64,000 nt of DNA. Source: Sarea resinae. Taxonomy: Eukaryota. This document shows, piece after piece, positions 12,103 to 22,335 of this stretch. The stretch spans positions 1-64,000 of the forward strand of contig JAPEUD010000085.1 in assembly GCA_026026165.1 (NCBI GenBank). Reading direction: 5' to 3'. Position 1 is the first letter of the stretch; each line of letters starts with the position of its first letter. The notes beneath the pieces are model-generated. The model did not search any database. It saw only the letters and a program-made list of their open reading frames with translations, and had not been told where the DNA came from. The position numbers were made by a program, and so were the translations under genes.

Positions 12103-12747
12103 TCACACTATTCTCTCGATAGCCATCTTTGTCCCTCGGACAATAGCCTTCCACTCCACCTCATGCACCTTCTGCTCGAATCTCTCCAAATCCTCGTCCT
12201 CGCCCTTCACAAATGGTATCTCCACCACTAACAACGGCTGTCCTTCATCGACCGCGAGGATCACCTCATGTATCATAATCCCCGACTTTTCAATCTTCCC
12301 CTCCAGCCAAGCCGCGTGGGCCCTTTCAATAGCATTAGTTCCCTTGAATGCCTCTGGTAAACTAGGATGCAGATTTATGATCTTCACGCCAGCTTTTGCG
12401 AGAGGGTCTAGAAATAACGGCGTGAGGATGTGCATGAAGCCTGCGCAGACAACCAGGTCCGGTTCGTCTGCGAGGACAAGTGATGCGAGATCTGCGTCGT
12501 AAGCTGAGCGGGCGCGGTCAACATCATTCGGGTAGAGCTTCTTGTAGGACACGAGATTGTGGTACGCGGTTGGTATCGAGGCGTTCTCGGCGCGTTGGAG
12601 GCCGTAGGCGGATTTGCGGTTGGAGATGACGCGGATGATCCGGGCCGGATCGAGGGGCCCGTCTCTGCAGGCGTCGATGAGCGCCTGGAGGTTGGTGCCG
12701 TTGCCCGAGATCAGCACCGTCAAGCGCGTCGGATTGGAAGTGGCCAT
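12103..12747 (-). CDS. ADE8: Phosphoribosylglycinamide (GAR) formyltransferase, intronless
   Basis: LTVLISGNGTNLQALID, VISNR, PDLVVCAGFMHIL, INLHPSLP (catalytic Asn/His), HEVILAVDEG (catalytic Asp), VHEVEW. ATG at 12747. Confidence 0.95.
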   Translation of the reverse strand: MATSNPTRLTVLISGNGTNLQALIDACRDGPLDPARIIRVISNRKSAYGLQRAENASIPTAYHNLVSYKKLYPNDVDRARSAYDADLASLVLADEPDLVVCAGFMHILTPLFLDPLAKAGVKIINLHPSLPEAFKGTNAIERAHAAWLEGKIEKSGIMIHEVILAVDEGQPLLVVEIPFVKGEDEDLERFEQKVHEVEWKAIVRGTKMAIERIV

Positions 12748-13023
12748 GATCGAGGATCGACGAGGATGAAAGGTGGTCTTCGGCGCGGACTTGCAAGGCA
12801 GACCAAAGGTCGTCACAGCCACGACGTCGAGTTGCCCAATTTTGGATGGAGGGGGAGTTGGTGGTGAACACCGCCGTGCGTGTGGAGAAGGCGGTGAGAA
12901 GCGACACGGCAGTTTCCGTCTCCCCATCAGAGTCGCCGGCGCCCACGTACGGCGGCGTCGCGGAGGACGCCCCATCGTGAGGGCCGGTGGCCTGGCCGGC
13001 GAAAAGAATTCCAGGTGGACATC

Positions 13024-13031
13024 TGAGTCAT
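13024..13031 (-). promoter_or_regulatory. ATGACTCA (Gcn4/CpcA consensus) in ADE8/zinc-finger divergent promoter
   Basis: TGAGTCAT on + strand, ~280 bp upstream of the ADE8 ATG. Confidence 0.45.
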
Positions 13032-13685
13032 CGAGTGCAGTCAGTTCCTGACGAGATCCAGGAGCATTCTTCTCTGGTCTCATGGACGGCTGAGGAAAGG
13101 TACGCGCACCTCGAATCGCAGTCACATTGATGCTTAGAGATTAGGCTTAGATGGATTGATAAGTGGGTGGGTGGGTACCTTGGTGGGTAGATGGCGGAGA
13201 TGGGAATCTCTGCACTCGCGCGGTTTGCGACCAGACATCTCCCCTCTTCCGCTTCCCCCCTCCCCCTCCACCCGCCAGATCGATGGTGCTCGCGCATGTC
13301 ACTACTGTCACCGGTGACAGTCTGGTCCATCTGTCTATCATCCCCGCTGCTCCACCGGGCAGATCGCTTATTGCACCCTGATCTCCCTCTGATCTCCCTC
13401 CTTCTTCTTCTTCTTCTTCTTCTCCTCCTCACCTCATCTCATCTCACCTGCTCTCCACACTCTTTCGGCATCTTCCCTTGATAGCTACAACCTTGTGGGC
13501 AATCGTAAGTCATCTCTCTCATCGGTGGATCCCTCACACGGTGCATACGCGCTTTGGTGCTGCTTGGTGGGGCCCTCACCATCGAGTCGGCTTGGCCAGG
13601 TCATCTCGAGATGATCGGAATCGGTGTCCGTTTCGGTTGAGAACGTGCGTCACTGACCCGGATGTCCGAGCAGTGAAGACGAAGG

Positions 13686-16195
13686 ATGACGACGATGTCG
13701 AGGGAGAGCTCCTCGGGGCTGCTACCCGCCTTGACGCCAGATGACGACGCAAGATCCGTGTGTCTGTCCTGTAGTGATTGCTGCAGCGAGGACCATTGCG
13801 CACCGGCTTGTGATGACTCCTGTGCGGGCGACTGTGACGAAGAGGATATCTGCACCAGTCCCCACTGCACTCAGGGAGCATGTCTCGAGACCTGCTCGGA
13901 AGCCTGCCCGAACATCTGCCCCGAGGCTTGTCCAGAAGCCTGCCCCGAACCTTGCCCCGAGGCCTGTCCGGGGACTGGCCCGCAATTTCCTCTGCCATGC
14001 TACAACCCACAATGCTCGCCGCACGTCTTCGGCCATGGACTGTCTGCGACATCAGCCTTTGCCAACACCCTCTCTCCGGGAACCATCTCCACCTCGGCAA
14101 CGCCGGAGACTTTCACGAATCCCTGGTTAACGCCCGAGCAGTGCGCCGCCAGCCTTGGTGCTTCGCTTGGGAACTTTCAGGTATATGATGCTCATCACAA
14201 TGCTCAGCTATATCCACCATGGCAAAACATGGATCTACATCACGCTCATCTGCCCTATCAACCCTATCCCGAGCAATCCAACGAACGGAAGTTCGAGAAT
14301 TCCCTTGGCGATGGGCGCGCTCAGACGAGTCATGACCACGAGTTCCGTCCCCTGAATGCCAACTTCCAGCATCCAGACTGGCTAGAACAGGTGCCACCAA
14401 TTTCAAACGGCGAACATTTGCATTGCCATTGGAGCAACAAGGACGACGGCTGTGGGGAAGCATTTTTCGACTGGAACGCTTTCTCTAGCCACATCCAGCA
14501 AAGCCATATCATACCTCAAACTTCGACTAATTGCGCACTGGATCATTGTGGGCAGTTGATAGAACCATCAATGGTCGTCGATCATCTCCAACAATATCAT
14601 TCATTTGACGGGCATCAGCCTGCCAACATGGAGCACCCTTGCCTGTTTGAGGGCTGCGAAGATCGATTCTCGACTTTGGAGGACTGCTGGGATCATTACC
14701 AATCTTCTCATAACCTTCTTCACTGTCAATGGGATCAATGCGGCGCCGTAGCCACGGATCCGTCGGACCTGAACGAGCACCTTCAAACGAATCACTTTGT
14801 CGAGCATCCACCGATCTGTCTGGATCACTCCCAGTTCATAACCCCAGCAGCCCCTACAGCGGCCGAAGTACCTGCCCTGACTTCAGTACCTCCCTTGACT
14901 CCAGCACCTACGCCTTCTCAAGCGCTGCTACAGCAACCTGGAGTTGCCCAAGTAATCCCTAAAAACGAGATCACTAAGCCTATGCCATGTAGTTGGCTGG
15001 TCGACGGGCAACACGGTCGTCAACGATGCGGAGTGGTCTGTCAAAATGCTTCCGAGCTGCAAGATCACCTGACGAAAGTTCACATCAGCTGCTTGACTAA
15101 AAGGATCGGGTTTCTGTGCAAGTGGGACGGCTGCAAGCGAAAGGAAACGCAAACGTTCACGCAGAAGGGAAAATTGGAGAGGCATATGCAGGTGCATACG
15201 GGATGTAAGTTTATTACCAGGTGGTTCTCCTGCGACGATAGTTTGACCGGCTTCCTCCAGATAAATCATGCCTGTGCCATACATGCAACATTGCATTCTC
15301 GGCTCCTCAGGCTCTGCAACAGCACATCCGCACGCATACGGGCGAAAAGCCATTCTACTGTCCATTTTGCCATCATCTTTTCGCGCAAGGTAGTGCTCTT
15401 AGTACGTAAATCTTTTGCCTTGTTTGCTATCGGCGATACTAATCCTACTTGCTGGGACAGCTATGCATGTCCGAACGCACACCCGCGAGAAGCCTCTTCA
15501 GTGCGAATTTCCTGGCTGTGGGAAGAGATTCAGCGAGGTATATATACGACCCATTCGTGTGTGATTTGTTCTTCCTGACCTGTCCTTTAGTCGTCCAACC
15601 TTTCCAAGCATAGGAAGAGTATGTGTCTTGACCCTTGGGACGAGAAAATAACCTTTTGAACTTCAGTCACTGACTTGGCATACAGCACATGAAAAGAATG
15701 GCAAACACAAGTGCGAATTTCCAGGGTGTACCAGGACTTTTCACCGCCTAGGTAAGTCTTTCAGTGAACACTTCCAAGCCCACTTGCACGCAGCAATCCA
15801 CCCTTCAAGCTCGAAAGAGACATCGAATTCTAATTCAAATACCAGACCAACTGAAACGCCACCAAGGCACCCATAGTCCGGATAGCAAGAATGGTAGGAA
15901 TGGGATGAACAATAAGAACACTAAGACCGGCACGAACTCCAACCCCGGCAAGGTCCCCAAGACCGGTAGGGTCACCAAGACCGGTAGGGTCACCAAGACC
16001 GGTAAGAACAATAAGACCGGCAAGAACAACAAAACCAGCAAGCCTGGCAATGAAGGCCACGATTCCGGTACAATAGGCCTCCCGATCCCTGGTCCGGACA
16101 GCAGACACAACAGCAATGACGTCCTCATCAATGGCGTTGATAGTCAACTCAATGTCAGTCTCGGTATTGGTCTTGGCGATATTCCGGACAATTGA
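13686..16195 (+). CDS. Zap1/ZafA-like multi-C2H2 zinc-finger transcription factor with Cys-rich N-terminus; about 5 introns between 15206 and 15845
   Basis: Spliced C-terminal fingers [25 protein letters not shown]...[12 protein letters not shown]...[32 protein letters not shown]...FHRL|DQLKRH resemble the Zap1 DNA-binding region. Several CxW...C..H..H fingers upstream; 20 Cys in residues ~25-110. Confidence 0.85.
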
Positions 16196-16791
16196 TGCAG
16201 TAGATTGGTGCACTAGACCTCTGCATCTTCACGCCCTAGCAGATTCGACCTTCCGAGCTGCGAGGGACTCTATTCCTTTATTTTCGTTTTTTTCCTGGTT
16301 TTGATGTTTGTCGGTCTCTGCGTTTCATTTGGCTGCGCCGGCGTTTCTAATAGATGGAAGGTCTGGCGACCTGACGGGAGGAACGGTTCCTTGATGGGCA
16401 GAGGCAACAGGACGGAAAACGAAGATCGCGACCAACGGGTAATGATAATGGATTTATGGAACCTAAAAAACCGGGTGGCAGTCGTTTTTAATTATGGTGT
16501 TATGGAACGGAAAATACCCCTAGAGCACTGGCTTCGCACAGGCTTAGGCTTTGCAGGACGGAGTTCATATTGGCTTCCTGTATTTTGTTTTCATCTTTCA
16601 ATCCTTTTTTTCTTTTTTTTTTCTGACCCTTTTACCGTCGGGGATTCCTTTCGTTCCCCCTTCCCGTTCTTTTATCTTCTGTGCCGCGTCGCTGTGCGTG
16701 ATTGTGTCTTTAGGGCTATCGTATTAGAGAGTCGATCTCGTGATAGGTCTGCGGTCTCACTCCTCAGTCCGAGTCCGAGATTGATCAGTTG

Positions 16792-16852
16792 CGTCGTCGT
16801 CGTCGTCGTCGTCGTCATCGTCGTCGCTGTTATTATTGTTGTTGTTGTTGTC
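16792..16852. repeat. Compound (CGT)n/(GTT)n microsatellite
   Basis: cgtcgtcgtcgtcgtcgtcgtcgtc...gttgttgttgttg read directly. Confidence 0.85.
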
Positions 16853-17199
16853 ATCGCCGTCTCACACCCCTCTTCTAGTGGATGTACTCTAGAGTTTCGA
16901 GTAGAGTGCGTAGGACAGATCGCACAATAACAACAGCACAAACCATAGAACATGATATCCTGAATGCTTAATGCTAGATCTTGATCTGCATCCCAGTGGA
17001 CGTCGTCCGGGGGAAGACTAAGGTTAGTAGGTATAGACTTCTAGTACTTCGTACATGCAGTAGTGGCTCTCTGTTCTATGTGTCTGTCTTTCGCAGTGAT
17101 TCTATTCTGAGAGTCTCGTTATTGTCGTGTGCACTCCTCGCGCTTTATATCGACCCCCCCTTGTACTCTCTGTCTGCCCTCTCTGTCTTGTGCTAGATC

Positions 17200-18170
17200 T
17201 ATTTCTAAGATATATATCTATATCTAGAGAGAGAGAGAGAGAGAGAGATCCTTAATCTGCTAATCCACTAACCTACTAATCTCACTACTCTACTCTACTA
17301 GGGAAAACACCTTAAGGTCGTTTCATATAGAGATAGCTGCTAGGTAGGTTCTGCAGGTGAGATATCCTTCTATAGTACAGTCTTAAGTGATCTATAAAGC
17401 CCCTTCCTATTAGCTGCTAAATCCTGCAGTAACGTGACCTAATCCCTTTAATAACTTCGCAGTAGACCTGACCCCTATGATTATTCTAAGCATTAACACT
17501 ATCAGTACAATATAATCTAAATTTGTTACGTATTCTATAGATACCTTATCTAGACGTTGCTGCACCTAATGCTCTGTTTTTTAACCTTAAGCAAACTTTC
17601 TAAAAGCCTTAGGCAACATTTATTAGAGTAACTATTAATATAATAGCTGCAGAGTATTTCTCTATAACTCTACTTTGTTTATATTATAGCTGATTGTAAT
17701 AGAGCGCAAAACGTACAAGCTACTAAGCTTAAAGACCTCTTGAACTAACGTCTATTAATCCTTACGGTACCTCTAAATTAGAGGAACGACATAGCAAGCG
17801 GCAACAGCGGCGAATTCAACCTCGCGCTGCCTTGACACAGTATAAACCTGCTCCTCTACCTTCTCCTACATATATACTAGGGCTTTGAATTAATCCTTCT
17901 CTTCTAAGGCCACCACCTCCTAATAGCTACTCGATTATACGAATGCATTTGGTAAGGTAGTTAGCGGTAAGAAAGGCACTGTAGCTGCACGCCTTTATCT
18001 CAGTGCTTTTCCGCATACTAGCCATCCTTTCTATAGAGCAGTCTCTCCTTTACTCAATTGATCACAACTTCTCTGCTACTCTTCTTATATAGCACTAATA
18101 ATACATGATGTGTATAATATCTGCCTATCACCTCTAATTACGATTAACTTTTAAGTTCAGCTATAACAGA
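17200..18170. mobile_element. RIP-degraded repeat relic preceded by an (AG)n tract
   Basis: TpA-rich, CpA-poor. A minus-strand frame near 17700-17930 reads like protein (EVVALEEKD*FKALV...EKVEEQV...REVEFAAVAA) interrupted by TAA/TAG compatible with CAA/CAG transitions. Confidence 0.7.
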
Positions 18171-18526
18171 TAGTTGCGGCTGCCACGGCTGCGGCAGCAG
18201 TAATATGTACGTCCACGAACCATACCACACTTTAATTTGGCAGCAATTCAAGATGGACTCCAGAGAGCTGGTGGAGCCAGACAATGTTTCGATGTTGTAA
18301 GTGATAAGCGGACTCAGGAGATCGATCGGGTAGGAGTGGATGAGCAAATGTTTCGCATGCCCAGAAATAAAGAATGTATTTTTGCAGACGATCGAAAGCA
18401 TCCATAATGGGATATTGAAGGAACAGTGCTCCACCTCGACCAACACCCAAAACGCACAGCCTCCTTCTGTCTCCTACTTCCACGACATCGATTCCTTCCC
18501 AGGCCGGCTCGAACGAGACTCAATCC

Positions 18527-19708
18527 TCAAAAGATGCCGCTGAAGTCAAACACACCGTCCTTCCCTCTCTCAACCGCCCCCTTTTCGGTCACGACGGCAT
18601 CGATAAGCTCGGCGGGGGTGACATCAAAGCTTGGATTCCAGACCTTCACACCGGGCGCGGCGATCCTGACCGTCTCGACCACATCCAGATCCAGCACATC
18701 CTCGGGATCGGCCGCCGCCGCCCCCTTAGCCCCCTGCACGACTCGGGGACCTCTGACGCTCGTCATCTCCTTCCCGGGGCGTTCCTCGATGACGATCTCG
18801 GCGCCGGAGGGCGTGGAGAGATCGATCGTCGTCCGCGGCGCCGCGACGATGAATCTGATGCCGTGTTGACGCGCTAGGATGGCGAGGCCATACGTGCCGA
18901 TCTTGTTCGCCGTGTCTCCGTTTCTCGCCACGCGGTCTGCGCCTACGACGATGGCGGCGATGTTGTCGCTTGAGCCGCGTAGACGTAAGAGGGCCGCCGC
19001 CATGGAGTCGGTAATCAAGGTCGAGGGGATCCCGTCGTGTAAGAGTTCGTAGGCCGTGAGACGCGCGCCTTGATTATAGGGTCGAGTTTCGGTGAAGAAG
19101 GCCTGGCTGAGATGCGAGGTGGAGTAGAGCGTGCGTATGATGCCTAGAGCGGTGCCGTGCCCGGCAGTGGCGAGGGATCCCGTGTTGCAGTGCGTCAGCA
19201 CACTTATCTGGCCTGCACTTCGTCCCGCGGGCAGATGGCCGAGGATCCACTCCGCGCCGAACTTGCCGATGTTCTCGTTGTCGTGCACGTCATCCACGAG
19301 CATCTTCTCCGCCGCCTTGATGTAAGCCTCCTTGATCGCATCGCCGTTGGCGTCCTTTTCCGCCTTGGCGCTCGCGACGACCCTCTTCAATTTCCTCGCC
19401 GCGTCCGCCATGTTCACCGCCGTGGGCCGACTCGTGACGAGGTAGTCGAGCTTCTCCTCCACAAACAGAGCCACCTCCTCTGGCACGGCACTCAGGCTTC
19501 TCCTCGAGGCGATGATCTCGAGCTCGACTGCCAGCGAGAGGGCGGCGACGATGGCGATGGCGGGGGCGCCGCGCACCAGCATCGAGTGGATCGCGTGCCA
19601 GGCATCTTGGGCTGAACGGATAGGGGCGTAGACGGTGGTGTGGGGGAGGGCAAGCTGATTGATGATGGACAGCGAGCCGCGGTGGTATTTGATCGCCTCG
19701 AGCGTCAT
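18527..19708 (-). CDS. MRI1: Methylthioribose-1-phosphate isomerase (methionine salvage), intronless
   Basis: MLVRGAPAIAIV, TSRPTAVNM, VLTHCNTGSLATAGHGTALG, ETRPYNQGARLT, VVGADRVARNGDTANKIGTY, NPSFDVTP. Confidence 0.96.
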   Translation of the reverse strand: MTLEAIKYHRGSLSIINQLALPHTTVYAPIRSAQDAWHAIHSMLVRGAPAIAIVAALSLAVELEIIASRRSLSAVPEEVALFVEEKLDYLVTSRPTAVNMADAARKLKRVVASAKAEKDANGDAIKEAYIKAAEKMLVDDVHDNENIGKFGAEWILGHLPAGRSAGQISVLTHCNTGSLATAGHGTALGIIRTLYSTSHLSQAFFTETRPYNQGARLTAYELLHDGIPSTLITDSMAAALLRLRGSSDNIAAIVVGADRVARNGDTANKIGTYGLAILARQHGIRFIVAAPRTTIDLSTPSGAEIVIEERPGKEMTSVRGPRVVQGAKGAAAADPEDVLDLDVVETVRIAAPGVKVWNPSFDVTPAELIDAVVTEKGAVERGKDGVFDFSGIF

Positions 19709-20065
19709 CGTGAGGTCTAGGCAGGAGCGACAGAAACGCTTTCGGAGACGGAGGTTGGAGGTCTTCGTGATGGCGGGGCAGAAATTCGGGAGGAGGGGTG
19801 AAGGCGGTGAGGGAGGGAAAAGTTGGCGAGACGCGAGGGCAAGCGAGCGAGGCGACCTAGGCGATGGGGGCGAGATCGGGGATCGACAAAGAACAATTTA
19901 GACTGGAGCTATCATCATCGTCCTCGGAGCAGAACCACCTAGCTCATCACCGCAGCTCAATTGCATTTCATCGAGCATCAGGGAGACTTCTATCGATCGA
20001 TTCCTCAACCACGACGATACCCAATCGATCCAGCCGATTCCCTCCCCGATACACCTCTCAACACC

Positions 20066-20944
20066 ATGGCCTCTCCACCGCCCCGCCGCATCGCAACTCT
20101 CATCCGCAACACCAACGAAACCAAGATTTCCCTCTCCCTCTCCCTCGACGGCGGCGATCTCCCGGCCTTGGAGCACAATCCAGAATTCGCCTCCAAAGCC
20201 CCCTCCTCCGGCGATGGCGAGAGCAAGGGACTCAGCAGCAGTAGCACGACCGCCCACGCGACACAGCGGTCCTCATCACAGAGCATCGAGATAGATACGG
20301 GCATCGGCTTTCTGGATCATATGCTGCACGCTCTAGCCAAGCACGCGGGGTGGAGTTTACGGATAAGATGCCAAGGGGACCTGCATAGTATGTATCCGCC
20401 CCCCGCCCCTCACGCTCACGCTCATCCTCGTGCCTCATCATCCCCGATCTCCTTTCTGACTTACCAACTCTGCGCTCCTTCGCTTGTCCTCACCGTATAC
20501 TAATCCCTCCCCCCCCCCCCGCTAGTTGACGACCATCACACCTCGGAAGACACGTTCCTCGCGCTAGGAGCCGCCTTCCGACAAGCCCTCAGCTCTCTCC
20601 CCGGAGGTTCCACGGGCCTCGCCCGCTTCGGCCACGCCTACTGCCCACTGGACGAAGCCCTTTCGCGCGCCGTCATCGATCTCTCGAGCCGCCCTTTCTG
20701 CGTCGCCAATCTCGGCCTGAAGCGAGAAAAGGTGGGCGATCTGAGCACGGAGATGCTGCCGCACTGCCTGCAATCTTTCAGCCAGACGGCGGGCGTGACG
20801 TTGCATGTCGATTGCCTGAGGGGGGATAATGACCATCATCGGGCGGAGTCGGCGTTCAAGGCGTTGGCGGTGGCGACGAGGCAGGCTACTACGAGGGTCG
20901 CAGGGAGGGAGGGCGAGGTCATGAGTACGAAGGGTGTGCTGTAG
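20066..20944 (+). CDS. HIS3: Imidazoleglycerol-phosphate dehydratase; intron ~20388-20525
   Basis: [84 protein letters not shown]-stop. Confidence 0.96.
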
Positions 20945-21391
20945 ATAGAGGATAAACAGAAATAGAGGCAGAAAAGCACATGATACCGGTCGTAGTCACG
21001 TCTCCATCACACGGGAGAAAGGCCAAAACCTGTGCAAATATGACGCAGGTGAGGTGATCACTGTTCGTCGAAAGATACAACAAATCACCGATGTAAGATG
21101 AGCCGCATAATACCCACGACGGGGCCAAGGGATGCTACGCTGGAAGCCAACTCGCCACAATCAAGGCATTGCTCACGCTCGAATCTCTCGTACCACGACA
21201 GACTGCTCGCCCCACGCAACAGGAGCAATAATGCATGCCAAACGCCCCAATCCAGCCAAGCGGCAGTACTACATTCCTTCACCGTCCAACTCCCGATCCT
21301 TAAATGATGATGCCAATTCCGAGTAATCGAACGCTAGTTCCCTTCCTGACTTCCTCCACTGCCCTACCTGCAAGTCTCCCGCTTCATGCAA

Positions 21392-22335
21392 CTACCGCAC
21401 ATCCCCGGCCGCGGCAGCGGCGATATCGTTATGAATCCCGCCCGCATCCGTCTCCTCTCCCGCTCCGTCCACGTCTTGTTCTTCGGCACGAGGGCGCCGG
21501 CCCTCGAACAGGCGCCGAAACCAGCTCGGTGGGGCCAATGGGCGTTGGTTGTTGTGCAGGGAGGGGTAGACGTCCGTGAAGAAGTAGTATACTGTCAGGT
21601 TGCGCGACATTAGCCTGGCCCACGCCGAAACCCACCACATATTCAGAGTGGGACGAAATGTCAGATACGACAAAGAGGAAGATGAGGAGAACGAGGGAGG
21701 AAGAGAGGGGAGATGTTGAAATCATGAGGGGCAAACGAACTATGACCGACGACGACCCCACAAATCTCATCCTTCGGCACAGTCCCATGCAGCATCAGCG
21801 AGAAGCCCATCAGCACCCAGGGCAGATACGGCGCCGTGAAAACCAGCACGCCCAGGAAACTGAGCCGCGTCTCCGGGTTCCTCCGCGCCCAGATATACAC
21901 CAGACTGTTACTCAGCGCGGGGCCGAGAAACGGCATGCTCAACAGCGGGCTCAGGGCGACCAGCACGGCACAGGCGTACAGCAGCAACCACGCGAACTCG
22001 GCCGGCGAGCCCGAGCTCTCCTCCAGAAGACGGGCATACCGCTGCATGAAAAAGACATGGAAGAGCAGATCGAGCGACAATGGCCCGAAATAGAGGAACG
22101 TCGTCAGCGGGCGCCAGAACTGGGACTTCTGGTAAACGGCGCGAAAGGAGTAGAAGAGCTGCCACGGTGTGATGAGATGCGCCTGGACGGCCAGAGAGGT
22201 TAGGACCGTGGCGGTGGTCCAGAGACGGGTACAGGGCGGGAGGGAGTAGAACCAGGATTCGATCGGAAGTTGGTTCGCATTCAGATTGATGGCGGCGGCA
22301 TTGTTGTCGTTGGGGAAGGCGGCCGCCATTCTCAT
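21392..22335 (-). CDS. DER1: Derlin (ERAD membrane protein), one intron near the 3' end
   Basis: SLPPCTRLW, QFWRPLTTFLYFGPLSLDLLFHVFF, YARLLEE, LVYIWARRNP, FTAPYLPW, GH|IYYFFTDVYP. Confidence 0.92.

Noticed and set aside
2741..12747. Horizontal transfer of a bacterial pur operon
   Set aside because: Genes alternate strands, ADE1 and ADE2 have spliceosomal introns, and Ade2 is the fungal PurK-PurE fusion.
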